Below, in pieces: positions 32,322 through 43,300 of a stretch of 64,000 nt of DNA (the first letter of the stretch is position 1; every line of letters begins with the position of its first letter). Under the pieces are notes generated by a model. It saw nothing but the letters and a program-made list of their open reading frames with translations. It had not been told where the DNA came from and made no database searches. The stretch comes from a candidate division FCPU426 bacterium (GTDB taxonomy: Bacteria > Oederibacteriota > Muellerivitia > Muellerivitales > Muellerivitaceae). The DNA lies in assembly GCA_963830915.1 (NCBI GenBank), contig CAWHOE010000015.1, positions 1 to 64,000 on the forward strand, in the 5' to 3' direction. A program made the position numbers and the translations under genes.

Positions 32322-33860
32322 TCAGGGCACGATTGGTTTTTGATAGAGGATGATCTTCTTCAAGGCGATCCCATCCTTGGAAAAGACCGCGGAAAAGGGG
32401 CCGCTTCCCTTCTGCGCCCCGCTGTCGTCCGTTCCATCCCAATCCACCCAGGCGTCCTTTTGGGCCACGACCATCTTCTGGTAAGGTGTTTTCAAGTGGT
32501 TCCCCTTCATATCGAACATCTCCACCTGATAAACCCCTGTCCCCTCGGCAAACACCACGTAGATATTCGCCGGGAAAGAATCGAACAGGATGGTTTGAGG
32601 CAGATTCGCCGGGTTTTCGGTCGGCGTTTCGATAAGCAGGGGTGTCATGACATGCATCAGGGGTTCGGGTGGTTCATTAACCACTGGCTGGGACTGGACC
32701 GGTGGGTCGACCACAACAGTCGGGGAGTAGGTCGGCGCAAAGACCCAGGGCGTGGGAGTACTTATAGGTTTCCACCGCCTGGTTGGCTTGATGACAAGCG
32801 GAGTGAAAGTTGGTGTAGGTGGTTGGTAAACCGGGGCAGTGGAGAGGGACCAGAAATTCGGCCGATAAACCGCGGTTGGCCCATAGGTCGGTAATTTCGG
32901 GAAGACATAGGGTGTCACCGGCGTGGGATGCGGGATGGGCGTATTGGTCGGATAATATCTTGGGGCCGCCGGCGGCGGCAAGGTCGGCCAAGGCGTGGGA
33001 GTTGGCCAAGGGGTGGGGGTGGGAAGAGGGGTGGGCGTCTTGGTCGGAGGGATAAAAACGTGCCTGGGCCCCTCCGGCATAATGAAAGAGATGGGAGGCT
33101 CCACTTTTTTGATGGTCGGCGTGAGGCAGATGGGGTTCGGTACGATATCCAAAGAAAATTTACGCCTGAATAGATGTCTCTCTCCTGGTCTTTGTGCCCT
33201 GCCCATGGTGTTAGTCGCCGAAAGGTATTGGATTCCCTGATGGGTATCGGGATCGTTCAATAGGGCGACTCGAGGGAGATAGCTTCCGCTGGTCTGAGCT
33301 TCCCTCCAATAGTTGTCGTTAAAACCGGCTTTTTGCCAATCTCTGGGGTCCCCCGCCATTCGGTTTGAAATATAGTAGCTGCGGTGGGCTGATAGTTCGT
33401 TGCTGGAGAGGGTCTCTTCTGTCCCATCCGAGAACCCCAACTTGAGGACGTAGGCGATTGCCACCTCATCCTCTGCCGGTTTCTTCACCACCGCCTTGCT
33501 GACTTCAATGGCCAGGATATTATCGTTCTGGAAATAGCAAAGGCTTTTAGGAAGCGCCCGGATGATCTTGCCCGCGGAACGGTAATCGGTATAGGGTTGT
33601 TGGTCAACGATATGATGGCCGTTGAGCCAGATATCACCCCAGTCATCGACGGATAGATAGATGACCGCCGAGGTCAGGTAACGGTCCGTGGTCTGGGCGT
33701 TGAGACTGGGGCAAAGAAATAGCCCCATAAATAGGATTACCGCTATCTTACCCAATGAGTTCCTCGATTTAAGCCAGGTCGAAAATAAGGGTTTCAATAT
33801 AACCCAATTAAAAGGGCTTTGAACCGTTAAGTTCTTAATCCCCCCTCTTAACGTAACCAC
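32322..33860 (-). CDS. Secreted protein: probable beta-sandwich domain, Pro/Thr linker and FlgD-Ig-like C-terminus (true start probably further downstream)
   Basis: Signal-like 'IAVILFMGLFLCPSLNA', 'VDDWGDIWLNG', PTPTP tracts, 'WDGTDDSG'. Confidence 0.65.
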   Translation of the reverse strand: MVTLRGGIKNLTVQSPFNWVILKPLFSTWLKSRNSLGKIAVILFMGLFLCPSLNAQTTDRYLTSAVIYLSVDDWGDIWLNGHHIVDQQPYTDYRSAGKIIRALPKSLCYFQNDNILAIEVSKAVVKKPAEDEVAIAYVLKLGFSDGTEETLSSNELSAHRSYYISNRMAGDPRDWQKAGFNDNYWREAQTSGSYLPRVALLNDPDTHQGIQYLSATNTMGRAQRPGERHLFRRKFSLDIVPNPICLTPTIKKVEPPISFIMPEGPRHVFIPPTKTPTPLPTPTPWPTPTPWPTLPPPAAPRYYPTNTPIPHPTPVTPYVFPKLPTYGPTAVYRPNFWSLSTAPVYQPPTPTFTPLVIKPTRRWKPISTPTPWVFAPTYSPTVVVDPPVQSQPVVNEPPEPLMHVMTPLLIETPTENPANLPQTILFDSFPANIYVVFAEGTGVYQVEMFDMKGNHLKTPYQKMVVAQKDAWVDWDGTDDSGAQKGSGPFSAVFSKDGIALKKIILYQKPIVP

Positions 33861-33936
33861 CGCTGCTTCCCATTCGTCAAAAGAAGGAAGAACACCTTAG
33901 GTTCTAAGTGTTGTTTTCTGTCATCCCAGGTTTAAA

Positions 33937-35241
33937 ATGGACCCCATGAAAAAAACCATCTTCTTACTTCCTTGTCTGCTCATTTTTTCCATTTCCTGCG
34001 ACAACCCCAAACCAGTTGTTCCCCCGACCCCCACACCTCAGGCCCAGGCCGCCCTTCCCACGGCTGTCTTCACCCCAACCGAAACCCCCGAGCCACCCGA
34101 ATATGTGGTGGACGATATGAAGGGGACGGTGCTGATCATCGAGGAGGGCGGGACCGAAGCCGTCCCAGCCGAGGAAGAAGAAACCGTCAGCGGCGGCGAC
34201 CAGGTCATCACCAAGGACGATTCAGAAGCGACCCTCACCCTGAATCCCGATACCATGTTCCGTTTGGGGCCCAACAGCCGGGTGACAGTCGACCAACTGG
34301 TGGCAAATAGTACCAACGGGTTCATCAGCCGTTTGAAACTGTGGCAAGGCAAGGTCCTTTCGGAGGTGGAGAAACTGCAGGAAAGCCATTCCACTTTCGA
34401 GGTGGAATCAGGCGGAGTGGTCTGCGGAGTCCGGGGCACGGCCTTTGAGGTGCAAAAGAAGGGTGATGATGTCCACACCAACACATTCCATGGCATGGTG
34501 GAAATGAAGAAAGGTTCGCAGGTCCAGACCGTAGGCGAGAACCAACACCTGGCTTTTTCCACGCGCAAGAACGATTTTATGCCCAAACGCAAACTCAACC
34601 CCGTCGAGCGTTCTGGCTACCGGAAGTGGCTGAAGAAGAAAGCGGTCGTCCAGAAAAGAGCGGTCGAACGGCAAACCCTGTTGGCCTCGACACGAAACAT
34701 GAGCCCGGCGGATAAAGCGGATTTGAACAAGCGCATGGGGCAGGTCAAGCCTAAGGACCGCATGCGGGCCATGAAACGAGCGATCCAGGAAAAAAAGGGA
34801 GGAGCCGTGGCTCAGGAACCGAGCCGGGGTCCATCCAAACACGAGAAAACTCGCGGCAAAGACCGGTCAGAAATCCCCGAGCAAAAACAATATAAGCAAC
34901 CCGCCCGGAACAAAGGGCTTCGGGATGGTCGGGGATTGAAACAGGCCAGACAAAGAGCTGACCAGAGAAGGAACCTACAACGCCAACAGGCCAATAGCGG
35001 AATGAACGGGGCGGATAAAAAAACCGAGGTTCAACAGCCGCAACGGCGAGAAAAATTGAACCAACCGCAAAACCATCAGCAACGTCCCGCCGCCCACATA
35101 GCCCAACAGAACAAAGTCCTTCGGCCGCCCGCCAAGGGAACTCAGTTACACCCCGTTAAACCGAAAGGCCAAAAGGGAAAGCAACAGAACAATATCGGGA
35201 AAAAGAACGGCAAGAAGGACGAGAAGAAAAAGAACCCTTGA
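33937..35241 (+). CDS. FecR-domain lipoprotein with a long K/Q/R-rich tail
   Basis: Lipobox-like 'SISC', 'GDQVIT..SEATL', 'VCGVRGTAFEV'. Confidence 0.75.
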   Translation: MDPMKKTIFLLPCLLIFSISCDNPKPVVPPTPTPQAQAALPTAVFTPTETPEPPEYVVDDMKGTVLIIEEGGTEAVPAEEEETVSGGDQVITKDDSEATLTLNPDTMFRLGPNSRVTVDQLVANSTNGFISRLKLWQGKVLSEVEKLQESHSTFEVESGGVVCGVRGTAFEVQKKGDDVHTNTFHGMVEMKKGSQVQTVGENQHLAFSTRKNDFMPKRKLNPVERSGYRKWLKKKAVVQKRAVERQTLLASTRNMSPADKADLNKRMGQVKPKDRMRAMKRAIQEKKGGAVAQEPSRGPSKHEKTRGKDRSEIPEQKQYKQPARNKGLRDGRGLKQARQRADQRRNLQRQQANSGMNGADKKTEVQQPQRREKLNQPQNHQQRPAAHIAQQNKVLRPPAKGTQLHPVKPKGQKGKQQNNIGKKNGKKDEKKKNP

Positions 35242-35261
35242 TCCAAGAATAAGATCGGGCC

Positions 35262-36239
35262 TTAGCGCCGGCCTTCCATGGCCTCACCCGTGGGGTCCTG
35301 CAGGTAATAAGCCACTTCCGCCCCGAAGAGGATGATGGTCCAGGAAACGTAGAACCAGATCAGAATGACTGGGAATACCCAAAGGGCCCCGTAGACGTGG
35401 GATTTTTCCAGTACATGGACAGTGTAGAAGTTCATCCCCCGTCTTGCGACTTCCAACAAGAAAGCCACGACGAATCCCGCCCATAGCGCGGCTCTGGCCT
35501 GCACTTTCATGTTGGGCACCAGGGCGTACATCAAGGTGCATCCCACCCACAGGAAAAAGAAAGGAACCCCGACGGTGAAGAACCAGCCGTCCCAGACCGC
35601 GTTATTGAGTGCCCATCCATGGAACCATCCCTTCACCGTCAGCCAGAGGACTGCCGCGATAGGCGCGGTGATGAATAACACCAGGTGGCGGAAGGCCTGG
35701 TGGACGATACGCCTACCCTTCCCGATGCCCCAGAGATAATTGAAAGAATCCTCCACATCCCGGAACAGGAGGAAGACGACCACCGCGAAGACAGCTAGTC
35801 CTGTGAATCCGACCTTACGGGCATGGCCGGCGAACTTGTTGACCGAGGCCCGGATCTCCTGCTTGCCGTTCTGGTTCAGGTCCTGCAGGAGTTTGGATTC
35901 CTTCGGGTCGAGGGTAGGATCGGTCTGCGCGCTCTCGATGGGGTAGATGAGATCGACGATCCGGTCTAGGAACACTTCCCTTTTCTCGGTGAAGGCCTCG
36001 CCCGAAAGGACCGCCATGAAGATGGCCAGGGCCGGAACGAGAGCCAGGATGGTCTTGAAAGCCAGCGAACTGGCGTACAGGCGCTTGTGGCCCTTGGGTC
36101 GGTCCTTGTGGGGCCGGAGGGTCTTGATGATGGCGTTGAGCAGAAGTCTCAGGTCCAGCGTGAAGCTGACCCGGTGGACCGGCTGCCTTTTTAACGGCCC
36201 GAAATATTTAACTCCCACCGAAACCCCTTCCAGGAGCAA
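35262..36239 (-). CDS. YihY/BrkB family membrane protein (start uncertain)
   Basis: Motifs 'LAFKTILALVP', 'FNYLWG', 'VYGAL..P.ILIWFYVSW.IILFGAE'. Confidence 0.88.
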   Translation of the reverse strand: MLLEGVSVGVKYFGPLKRQPVHRVSFTLDLRLLLNAIIKTLRPHKDRPKGHKRLYASSLAFKTILALVPALAIFMAVLSGEAFTEKREVFLDRIVDLIYPIESAQTDPTLDPKESKLLQDLNQNGKQEIRASVNKFAGHARKVGFTGLAVFAVVVFLLFRDVEDSFNYLWGIGKGRRIVHQAFRHLVLFITAPIAAVLWLTVKGWFHGWALNNAVWDGWFFTVGVPFFFLWVGCTLMYALVPNMKVQARAALWAGFVVAFLLEVARRGMNFYTVHVLEKSHVYGALWVFPVILIWFYVSWTIILFGAEVAYYLQDPTGEAMEGRR

Positions 36240-36507
36240 ACCCCAATTTTCTTTAAAGAAGTCATAGTGTAAACGAAACCCTTGAATTTGTTGAGCCGAC
36301 TATACCTTTAGTCACTGTCAAGAAACCGCTTAATTAAAGAAAAAAACAGGAATCCAGGGCCGACCCATTCAATGGATGCCTCTCAGAATAGATTGATGTA
36401 AAATCATTCCTAAGGTTTGTAACATTCTATAAAAAATATTTAACCACACCTTTTCCATCGAAGTCTTAAATTTATTTTGGTTTTTAAATATGGAAGGCGG
36501 TCGCATC

Positions 36508-36783
36508 ATGAAAACCATGCACACCAGCACCGAGCAGTTCCTGAGAAAAGTAGGGCGGAAGATCAGTGAGATACGGTCCCAAAAGGGCCTGACCCAGTTC
36601 AAATTGGCTGAGAGGGCCGGTGTATCGACCCAGTTGGTCCAATATTGGGAATCGGGACGGAACGTCACCCTGAAGACCCTTTATTCCCTGGCCCAACACC
36701 TCAACCATCCGATCGAGGGGTTCTTCCAGGAACCTAAATCCTTGAAAGCCGTCCGCGGGCGCCCCAAGCAGAAGAAAAAATAA
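36508..36783 (+). CDS. XRE-family HTH regulator
   Basis: Motif 'IRSQKGLTQFKLAERAGVS..VQYWESG'. Confidence 0.85.
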   Translation: MKTMHTSTEQFLRKVGRKISEIRSQKGLTQFKLAERAGVSTQLVQYWESGRNVTLKTLYSLAQHLNHPIEGFFQEPKSLKAVRGRPKQKKK

Positions 36784-36789
36784 TCCCTC

Positions 36790-37227
36790 TCAAACCTTCT
36801 TTTTATTCTCGATGATCCTGGTCAATAATTCCATGTCGCTCTTGTTGATGGCCAGGATGGCCATCCCCGCGCTGAAGACCATCTCTTTCATTTCCGCCTG
36901 GAAATCGACTTTGGTGGTTTCCACCAGGAATTTTAGTTTGGTATTGTAATTGGGAAGCAGGAGCAAGAATTCCATGTGCATGCCGGGCTTCAAGGGTTCC
37001 TGACTGCAAAAGGTGATCTGACCACCGACGATATCCTCGACCGGAACATGGAGCAGTTGCGCCATCATGTTGGCGATGGATGAGTTTCGGATAGTGGTCT
37101 TGGAGTAATTGGCGTCATGGGAGAGGGTGGTAAAGTCGGGAATGGCCAGTACGCGGTAATCCACCAACTGGGGAGTAGGGTTCTTCCCCGACCGACGGTC
37201 TTCGATCCACCCTTTTTTCCAACCCAT
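36790..37227 (-). CDS. Hypothetical protein, possibly PilZ-like
   Basis: 'EDRR' and 'DIVGGQITF..EPL.PG' resemble degenerate PilZ motifs. Confidence 0.5.
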   Translation of the reverse strand: MGWKKGWIEDRRSGKNPTPQLVDYRVLAIPDFTTLSHDANYSKTTIRNSSIANMMAQLLHVPVEDIVGGQITFCSQEPLKPGMHMEFLLLLPNYNTKLKFLVETTKVDFQAEMKEMVFSAGMAILAINKSDMELLTRIIENKKKV

Positions 37228-37337
37228 ATGTCCCGCCTTTCGTTCCTGGCCCTGTTACTGATTGGTTCCCAACAGTAACTAAGAATATTTTAAAGCCTTT
37301 ATCCTGGAAAATCCCTGAAAATCAAGACAAGGGTTTA

Positions 37338-38078
37338 TTAAGAAGCCAATACCACGATCCTTTTTTCGCTTTCCGGATCCGACAGGTCCTTTCGAAGGTC
37401 GTCGATCCTGGAAAAGCGGATCTTTTGGAACCCCTTGTCCCTCAACAGGTCCGCCAGACGGGATAAGGGCACGGCGAAGTTCTGGATGGTCTCCTGGAAA
37501 GTACGCTCCTCAAAGACCCCGGACAGTTTGGTGACCGCCTTACCGGTCCTTGGGTCGAACCCGCCCTCCACGTCCACCTCTCCTTCCTTCAATCTAAAAT
37601 GCTCGGTCGAGACCCATTCGGCCAAACCCTTTCGAGTGTTGTAATCGAAAAGGAACAAACCCCTCTCGGCTAGGCATTCCCTGACCGATCCCATGCAACC
37701 CGACAGTTTGGCATCGTCCATGAGATGGTTCATCACGTTGTAAGTGGAAACCGCGAAGTCGAACCTGTCATCCAGATGAAAATGGCTGATATCAGCCTGG
37801 TAAAAATGGGCCTCTTCCATTACCGGAATGGCTCGGCAGCGTTTGCGGGAAAGCTCGATCATGTCAGGGGAAAGGTCGATGCCGGTCAGGGAATAACCGG
37901 CTTCCAGCATCCTCTGGGCCAAACGGCCCGTTCCGCATCCCAGGTCCAGTACCTTGGAATGTTGGCGTGCGGAAGTATAGGTGGATAGAAAATAGAGAAG
38001 CCTGGGAGCGGTATTCTCGGCGTAGTCGCCGAAATACCTGTCATAAAAACCCGCGAACACTTCCCCATACCGGTTCAT
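37338..38078 (-). CDS. Class I SAM-dependent methyltransferase
   Basis: Motifs 'VLDLGCGTG', 'GIDLSPDM'. Confidence 0.9.
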   Translation of the reverse strand: MNRYGEVFAGFYDRYFGDYAENTAPRLLYFLSTYTSARQHSKVLDLGCGTGRLAQRMLEAGYSLTGIDLSPDMIELSRKRCRAIPVMEEAHFYQADISHFHLDDRFDFAVSTYNVMNHLMDDAKLSGCMGSVRECLAERGLFLFDYNTRKGLAEWVSTEHFRLKEGEVDVEGGFDPRTGKAVTKLSGVFEERTFQETIQNFAVPLSRLADLLRDKGFQKIRFSRIDDLRKDLSDPESEKRIVVLAS

Positions 38079-38185
38079 GGCCCACTCCGTTGCCGTTGGT
38101 AACGGCGATGGGTCATTCTCCCGAAAGAACAGAATGGAATGGTATGAGATGGGTCACAGATTGGGGTTCAACGGATTTTTAGGTC

Positions 38186-38219
38186 AAAAAAAAGCCCGTT
38201 CTGGATGGAACGAGCTTTT
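38186..38219 (-). terminator. Intrinsic terminator
   Basis: A8 run followed by the GCCCGTTC...GAACGAGC hairpin on the + strand. Confidence 0.7.
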
Positions 38220-38260
38220 AGGAAGACTATTAAGTTCCGCTTTTCAGCGGGTCTAGACCT

Positions 38261-38533
38261 TTATTTATGGACGGTGAATACGACCCCCGCGCCCTTGGTC
38301 CTTTGCTTGAAGGCAGGCAATCCCTTCGCCTGGCAGAATTCCCTCTCGCTGTATTGAAGATACTCGGATTCCCTGGAGGCAGAGCCACGAGAACCGCAGT
38401 CCACGCAGACATAATCGAACTCGACCATGATCTTGCCCTTGGATTTTTTATCCAGTACGCGGCAGTCGGTCATCTTGACATGACTGGCACATTCCGAGCA
38501 AAAAATGGTCTCAGGGTATTTGACTTGTTTCAT
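38261..38533 (-). CDS. Small putative zinc-ribbon protein
   Basis: 'CSEC...CVDC' pair, AAGGAG RBS and a downstream terminator. Confidence 0.65.
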   Translation of the reverse strand: MKQVKYPETIFCSECASHVKMTDCRVLDKKSKGKIMVEFDYVCVDCGSRGSASRESEYLQYSEREFCQAKGLPAFKQRTKGAGVVFTVHK

Positions 38534-38741
38534 ATGGTACGGCTCCTTACCTTCCGGCCCTCTATGGGGTTCGGAAAGAAGGTTCATTATGCGCCTTTAC
38601 TCTCCTATATATCAAGCGACAGGCCTTTTGCTGGGCAAAAACCACAATATAAGGTGGGCCAACGGGCGGGACCAACAAGCAGGGACGGAATTTTTCCAAG
38701 TGACCGAATACCTGAAAACCTCTATCCGATCGACGCTTGAT

Positions 38742-38987
38742 CTACTTGCTCAGGATCTTCCGCATGATCCAGAGCAGGAGCAAAGCGCCCACGACAGAGG
38801 CGATGATATCCCCGATGACGCTCATGGAACCGAATCCGAGGATGCCGAACACGAATCCTCCCACCCACGAGCCCAGGATACCGATGACCAGGTCCTTGAA
38901 AAGGCCAAATCCCTTCCCTTTCCAGATCTGACCCGCGAGCCAGCCAGAGAATGTACCGATAATGATGACCAAAACGAGGTGGAGCAT
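38742..38987 (-). CDS. GlsB/YeaQ/YmgE family membrane protein
   Basis: Motif 'GWLAGQIWKGKGFGL..DLVIGILGS..GG'. Confidence 0.9.
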   Translation of the reverse strand: MLHLVLVIIIGTFSGWLAGQIWKGKGFGLFKDLVIGILGSWVGGFVFGILGFGSMSVIGDIIASVVGALLLLWIMRKILSK

Positions 38988-39108
38988 CTGAAGTCCTCCG
39001 AAAGGTTGATTGAACAGGATGGATTATGCCTAAGAGGGCCCTAAGGGTAAACCCCCATTTTCAATTTAAGGTTCTCTATCGGCCCATCACTTGCGATCGT
39101 CCTGAAAT

Positions 39109-39137
39109 AAAAAAGCCCCTTCCTAAGAAGGGGCTTT
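39109..39137 (-). terminator. Intrinsic terminator after the PFOR operon
   Basis: A-run followed by GCCCCTTC-CTAA-GAAGGGGC. Confidence 0.8.
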
Positions 39138-39166
39138 GGAATTACCTGCCCAATCGCGTTGAAAAC

Positions 39167-40180
39167 TTAATGGTAACCTTCCTGGGTGGTCTTATATCCC
39201 GCCAGGGTCTTGATGTAATGGGCTCTTTCGAAAGCCGAAGGATCCTCGCAATTTTTCTGGCTCATGGAACCCTTCATCTCGGCGACTGAGACGTACTCAT
39301 TTTCCTCCATCCACTTGGACATCTCCTGAAGCATCTTCCCGATATAGGGGATGCCATTCCTCAAGAGAGTGGAGCAAAGTTGGGTGATATCGGCGCCCGC
39401 CATTATGAGTTTCAAGGCGTCCCGGCCGTTCAGTACCCCTCCGGTGGCGGCCAGGCTGGCCTTGACCCTGCCGTGCAGGATAGCGATCCAGGTCAGGGGA
39501 AGGCGCAGGTCCTGGGCGTCCGACAGGATGGCGTTGGCCATGACGACCCGGTTTTCCAGGTCGAAGTCAGGCTGGTAGAAGCGATTGAACAGCACCAGAC
39601 CGTCCGCGCCCGACTCGGAGAATTTCTTGCAGATGTTGGCGATGTTGCTGGAAAAAGGAGAAAGCTTGACCGATACCGGGATACGCACCACTTTCTTCAT
39701 GGTGCGGAAGATCTCAAGGTTCCTCTCGTCGAAAACCGCTCCCGGGGTGTTAAAGTCCGTGGGGATGTTGTACAGGTTCAGCTCCAGGGCGTCCGCGCCG
39801 GCCTGTTCCATTTGTTTGGCGCAGTCCGTCCACCCTCCCAGGGTGGTCCCGTTCAAACTGGCGATGACGGGGATCTTCACCGCCTTCTTGGATTGTTGGA
39901 TGAGCTGATAATAGCTTTCCGAGGTCAGTTTGATGCTTTCAGGCTCCGGAAAATAGGAAAGAGCCTCCGGATAACTATCGATGCCCCGGTTCAGGTCATT
40001 GTTCAACCCGTATTGTTCCATGAAGATCTGTTCTTCAAAGAGCGAGTGAAGGACCACCGCGCCCGCGCCCGCGTCCTCCATGCGCTTGAGGTTATCGACC
40101 GAACCAGAAAAAGGTCCCGCCGAAGGCACCAACGGATTCTTGAGTTTCAGTCCCATGTAGGTCGTGCTGAAGTCAGCCAT
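39167..40180 (-). CDS. Dihydroorotate dehydrogenase-like flavoprotein
   Basis: Motifs 'LKLKNPLV', 'IPVIASLNG', 'ALELN', 'VKLSPF', 'LVLFNRF'. Confidence 0.88.
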   Translation of the reverse strand: MADFSTTYMGLKLKNPLVPSAGPFSGSVDNLKRMEDAGAGAVVLHSLFEEQIFMEQYGLNNDLNRGIDSYPEALSYFPEPESIKLTSESYYQLIQQSKKAVKIPVIASLNGTTLGGWTDCAKQMEQAGADALELNLYNIPTDFNTPGAVFDERNLEIFRTMKKVVRIPVSVKLSPFSSNIANICKKFSESGADGLVLFNRFYQPDFDLENRVVMANAILSDAQDLRLPLTWIAILHGRVKASLAATGGVLNGRDALKLIMAGADITQLCSTLLRNGIPYIGKMLQEMSKWMEENEYVSVAEMKGSMSQKNCEDPSAFERAHYIKTLAGYKTTQEGYH

Positions 40181-40301
40181 GCTCCCCTCCTTGAAAGGGT
40201 TGATCGGTTTATTAATTTCCCATTCCCGCGACTGGTGGACACCCAAAAGTGCCGAACCCCCGCGGGGGTGGCCCGGCTTTTCGGTCAAACTTGTTGAGCT
40301 A

Positions 40302-43300
40302 TCAACCGCCTTCCGCGGACGGAGCCGCAGGCGCGGCTTGGGCCACAGCGGCCAAACCGGCCTGGAAAAGTTTCGGATCCAACTTCGATAGATACTGATA
40401 GTAATTCCACCGGTATTGGGCATCCGCCTGGGTCTGCTCGAAGTACTTCTTGGCTTCCTCGGGCTTGCTGAGGGTGAGCATCTTGAAGCGGTTCTCCTGC
40501 ATCTCATAATCCTTAACGGAGATCTTCAGGGCTCCCGAATCCACCGTCAGCGGATTCTCATTGGCCTGGAGCTTGGCCGGGTTATACCGGTAAAGCACCC
40601 ACTGACCCGAATCCACCGCCGCCTTCTGCTGTTTCAACCCATTGATGAGGTCATACCCATGGGCGATGCAATGGCTGTAGGCGATGATGATGGAAGGTCC
40701 ATCGTGGGCTTCCGCTTCCTGCAGGGCCTTCAAGACCTGGCCCTCGTTGGCTCCCATGGCGATCCTAGCGACGTAAACGTTTCCGTAGGTCATGGCCATC
40801 AGGCCTAAGTCCTTCTTTCCTTGGGGCTTGCCAGCCGCGGCGAACTTCGCCACCGCGCCCTTCGGGGTCGACTTGGAGGCTTGACCGCCGGTGTTGGAGT
40901 ACACTTCCGTGTCCAACACCAGGATGTTCACGTTCCGGCCAGAGGCCAGCACATGATCCAAACCGCCGTAGCCGATGTCATAGGCCCAACCGTCGCCGCC
41001 CATGATCCAGACGCTCTTTTTCACCAGGCTGTCGGCCAGGGATATCAGGTCCTTGGCTTCCTGTTTGGCCATGCCTTTCAATTTATCCTTCAATTCCGCC
41101 ACTCGGGCCCTTTGGGCCTGGATATCGGCGTCGGTCTTTTGGACCGCATTAAGGATGGATTCCACCAGGTCCTTGCCCAGGTCGGCTTCCAGTTTTTTCA
41201 GCTGGATCGCAGCCGCCTTGGCCTGGTAGTCCAGGGAGACCCGGTAGCCCAATCCGAACTCGGCGTTATCCTCGAAAAGCGAGTTGTTCCAGGCCGGCCC
41301 TCTTCCCTCTTTGTTCTTCGCCCAGGGGGTGGTCGGCAGGTTGCCGCCATAGATGGAGGAACAGCCAGTGGCGTTGGCAACCAGCATGCGGTCCCCGAAT
41401 AATTGGGAAACCAGCTTCACATAGGGCGTCTCGCCGCAACCGCCGCAGGCTCCGGAGAACTCGAATAGGGGTTGTTGAAGCTGCTGCTGACTGACCATAC
41501 CCAGGTTGATCTTGGTGCGGTCCGCCTCCGGCAAGGATAGGAAGAACTCCCAGTTCTTCGCTTCCTGCTCGACCAAAGCCGGTTGGGGCTTCATGTTGAT
41601 GGCCTTCACTTTAGTTTCAGTCTTGCTCTTGACTGGGCAGGCTTCCACGCAAAGTCCGCAGCCCGTGCAGTCTTCCGGGGCCACTTGAAGGGTATAGTTC
41701 ATCCCCTTCCAGTCTCGGTTCTTGGCTACAGCCGTCTTGAATCCCGGAGGAGCATCCTTCAGTAGCGAAGGCTCATAGACCTTGGGACGAATGACCGCGT
41801 GGGGACAGACCACCACGCATTTGGCGCATTGGATACAGAGAGCCTCTTCCCAGACCGGGATCTCCAAAGCGATATCGCGTTTCTCGAAGAGCGCGGTAGC
41901 GGTGGGGAATGTTCCGTCCAGTGGGAAAGCGGAGACCGGCAATTGGTCCCCTTCCCCAGCGATGATGCGGGCCAAGACGTTCTTAACGAAATCCGGAGCG
42001 TTGTCCGGGACCACTTTTTTGAAAGGTATCTTCCCGGCCTTTTTGCCATCGAGCTTGACCTCGTGCAGATTGGCCAGGGTCGTGTCGACCGCTTCCAGGT
42101 TGGCCTGGACGATCTTATCGCCCTTCTTCTGGTAGGTCTTCACGATGGATTTCTTGATCTTCTCCACAGCCTCTTCCCTGGGCAGAACGCCTGAAAGAGC
42201 GAAGTAACAGGCCTGCATGATGGTGTTGATACGGCTTCCCATACCAGCTTTCTTGGCCACTTCATAAGCGTCGATGACATACAGTTTGGCCTTTTTGGCG
42301 ATCAAGTGTTCCTGTACCTTCTGGGGCAATTGATCCCAGACCTCCTCGACGCTGAAGGCGGTGTTCAAAAGGAAGGTACCGCCCGGGATAAGGTCCTTCA
42401 ACATATCGAAACGATTCAGGAAGGCTGGTTGATGGCAGGCCACAAAATCCGCCCGATTGATCAGATAAGTGGAACGAATTGGCTTGGGACCGAACCGAAG
42501 GTGCGAGGTGGTCATGGAACCGGATTTTTTCGAGTCGTAAACGAAATAACCCTGGGTCCAAAAGTCGGTGTTCTCTCCGATGATCTTGATGGTGTTCTTA
42601 TTGGCGCCTACCGTGCCGTCCGAACCCAACCCGTAGAAGAGTGCCCTTTTGACTTCGGGAGGCTCGACCGAGAGGTTGGCGTCATAGGTAAGACTAGAGT
42701 TGGTCAGGTCCTCGTTGATACCTAATGTGAAGTGATTCTTCAATTCAGCGCCCTTCATATGATCGAATAATCCCATGACCATGGCGGGGGTGAATTCCTT
42801 GCTGGATAAACCATAACGTCCGCCGATGATGCGGGGCATAGCCTTCAGGGTCGATTTGCCCGTGGCAATGACCTCGTTCAAGGCTGTCACCACGTCAAGA
42901 TAAAGGGGCTCGCCCAGACTGCCTGACTCCTTGGTACGGTCCAGGACCGCTAACGTCTTTACCGTCGTCGGCAAGGCCTTCACAAAGGCCTCAGCGCTGA
43001 AGGGACGGTATAACCTAACTTTCAGGATGCCGACCTTTTCGCCCTTCGGGAGCGCGTAATCCACCGCCTCGTGAGCGGCTTCCGCTCCCGAACCCATGAG
43101 GATCACAACCCTGTCAGCGTCCGGCGCGCCGTAGTATTCATAGATCTTATAAGAACGGCCTTCTAGCTTGCCGAACTGGTCCATGGCCTTTTGGACGATA
43201 CCCGGCAGTTGGGTATAAAGGCTGTTGGCCCTTTCTCTGCCTTGGAAGTAAACGTCGGGATTCTGGGCGGTTCCCCGCAGGACGGGGTGGTCGGGCGACA

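Noticed and set aside
40181..40507. N-terminal extension of the DHODH-like ORF
   Set aside because: It overlaps the PFOR 3' end; the RBS and homology begin at 40180.
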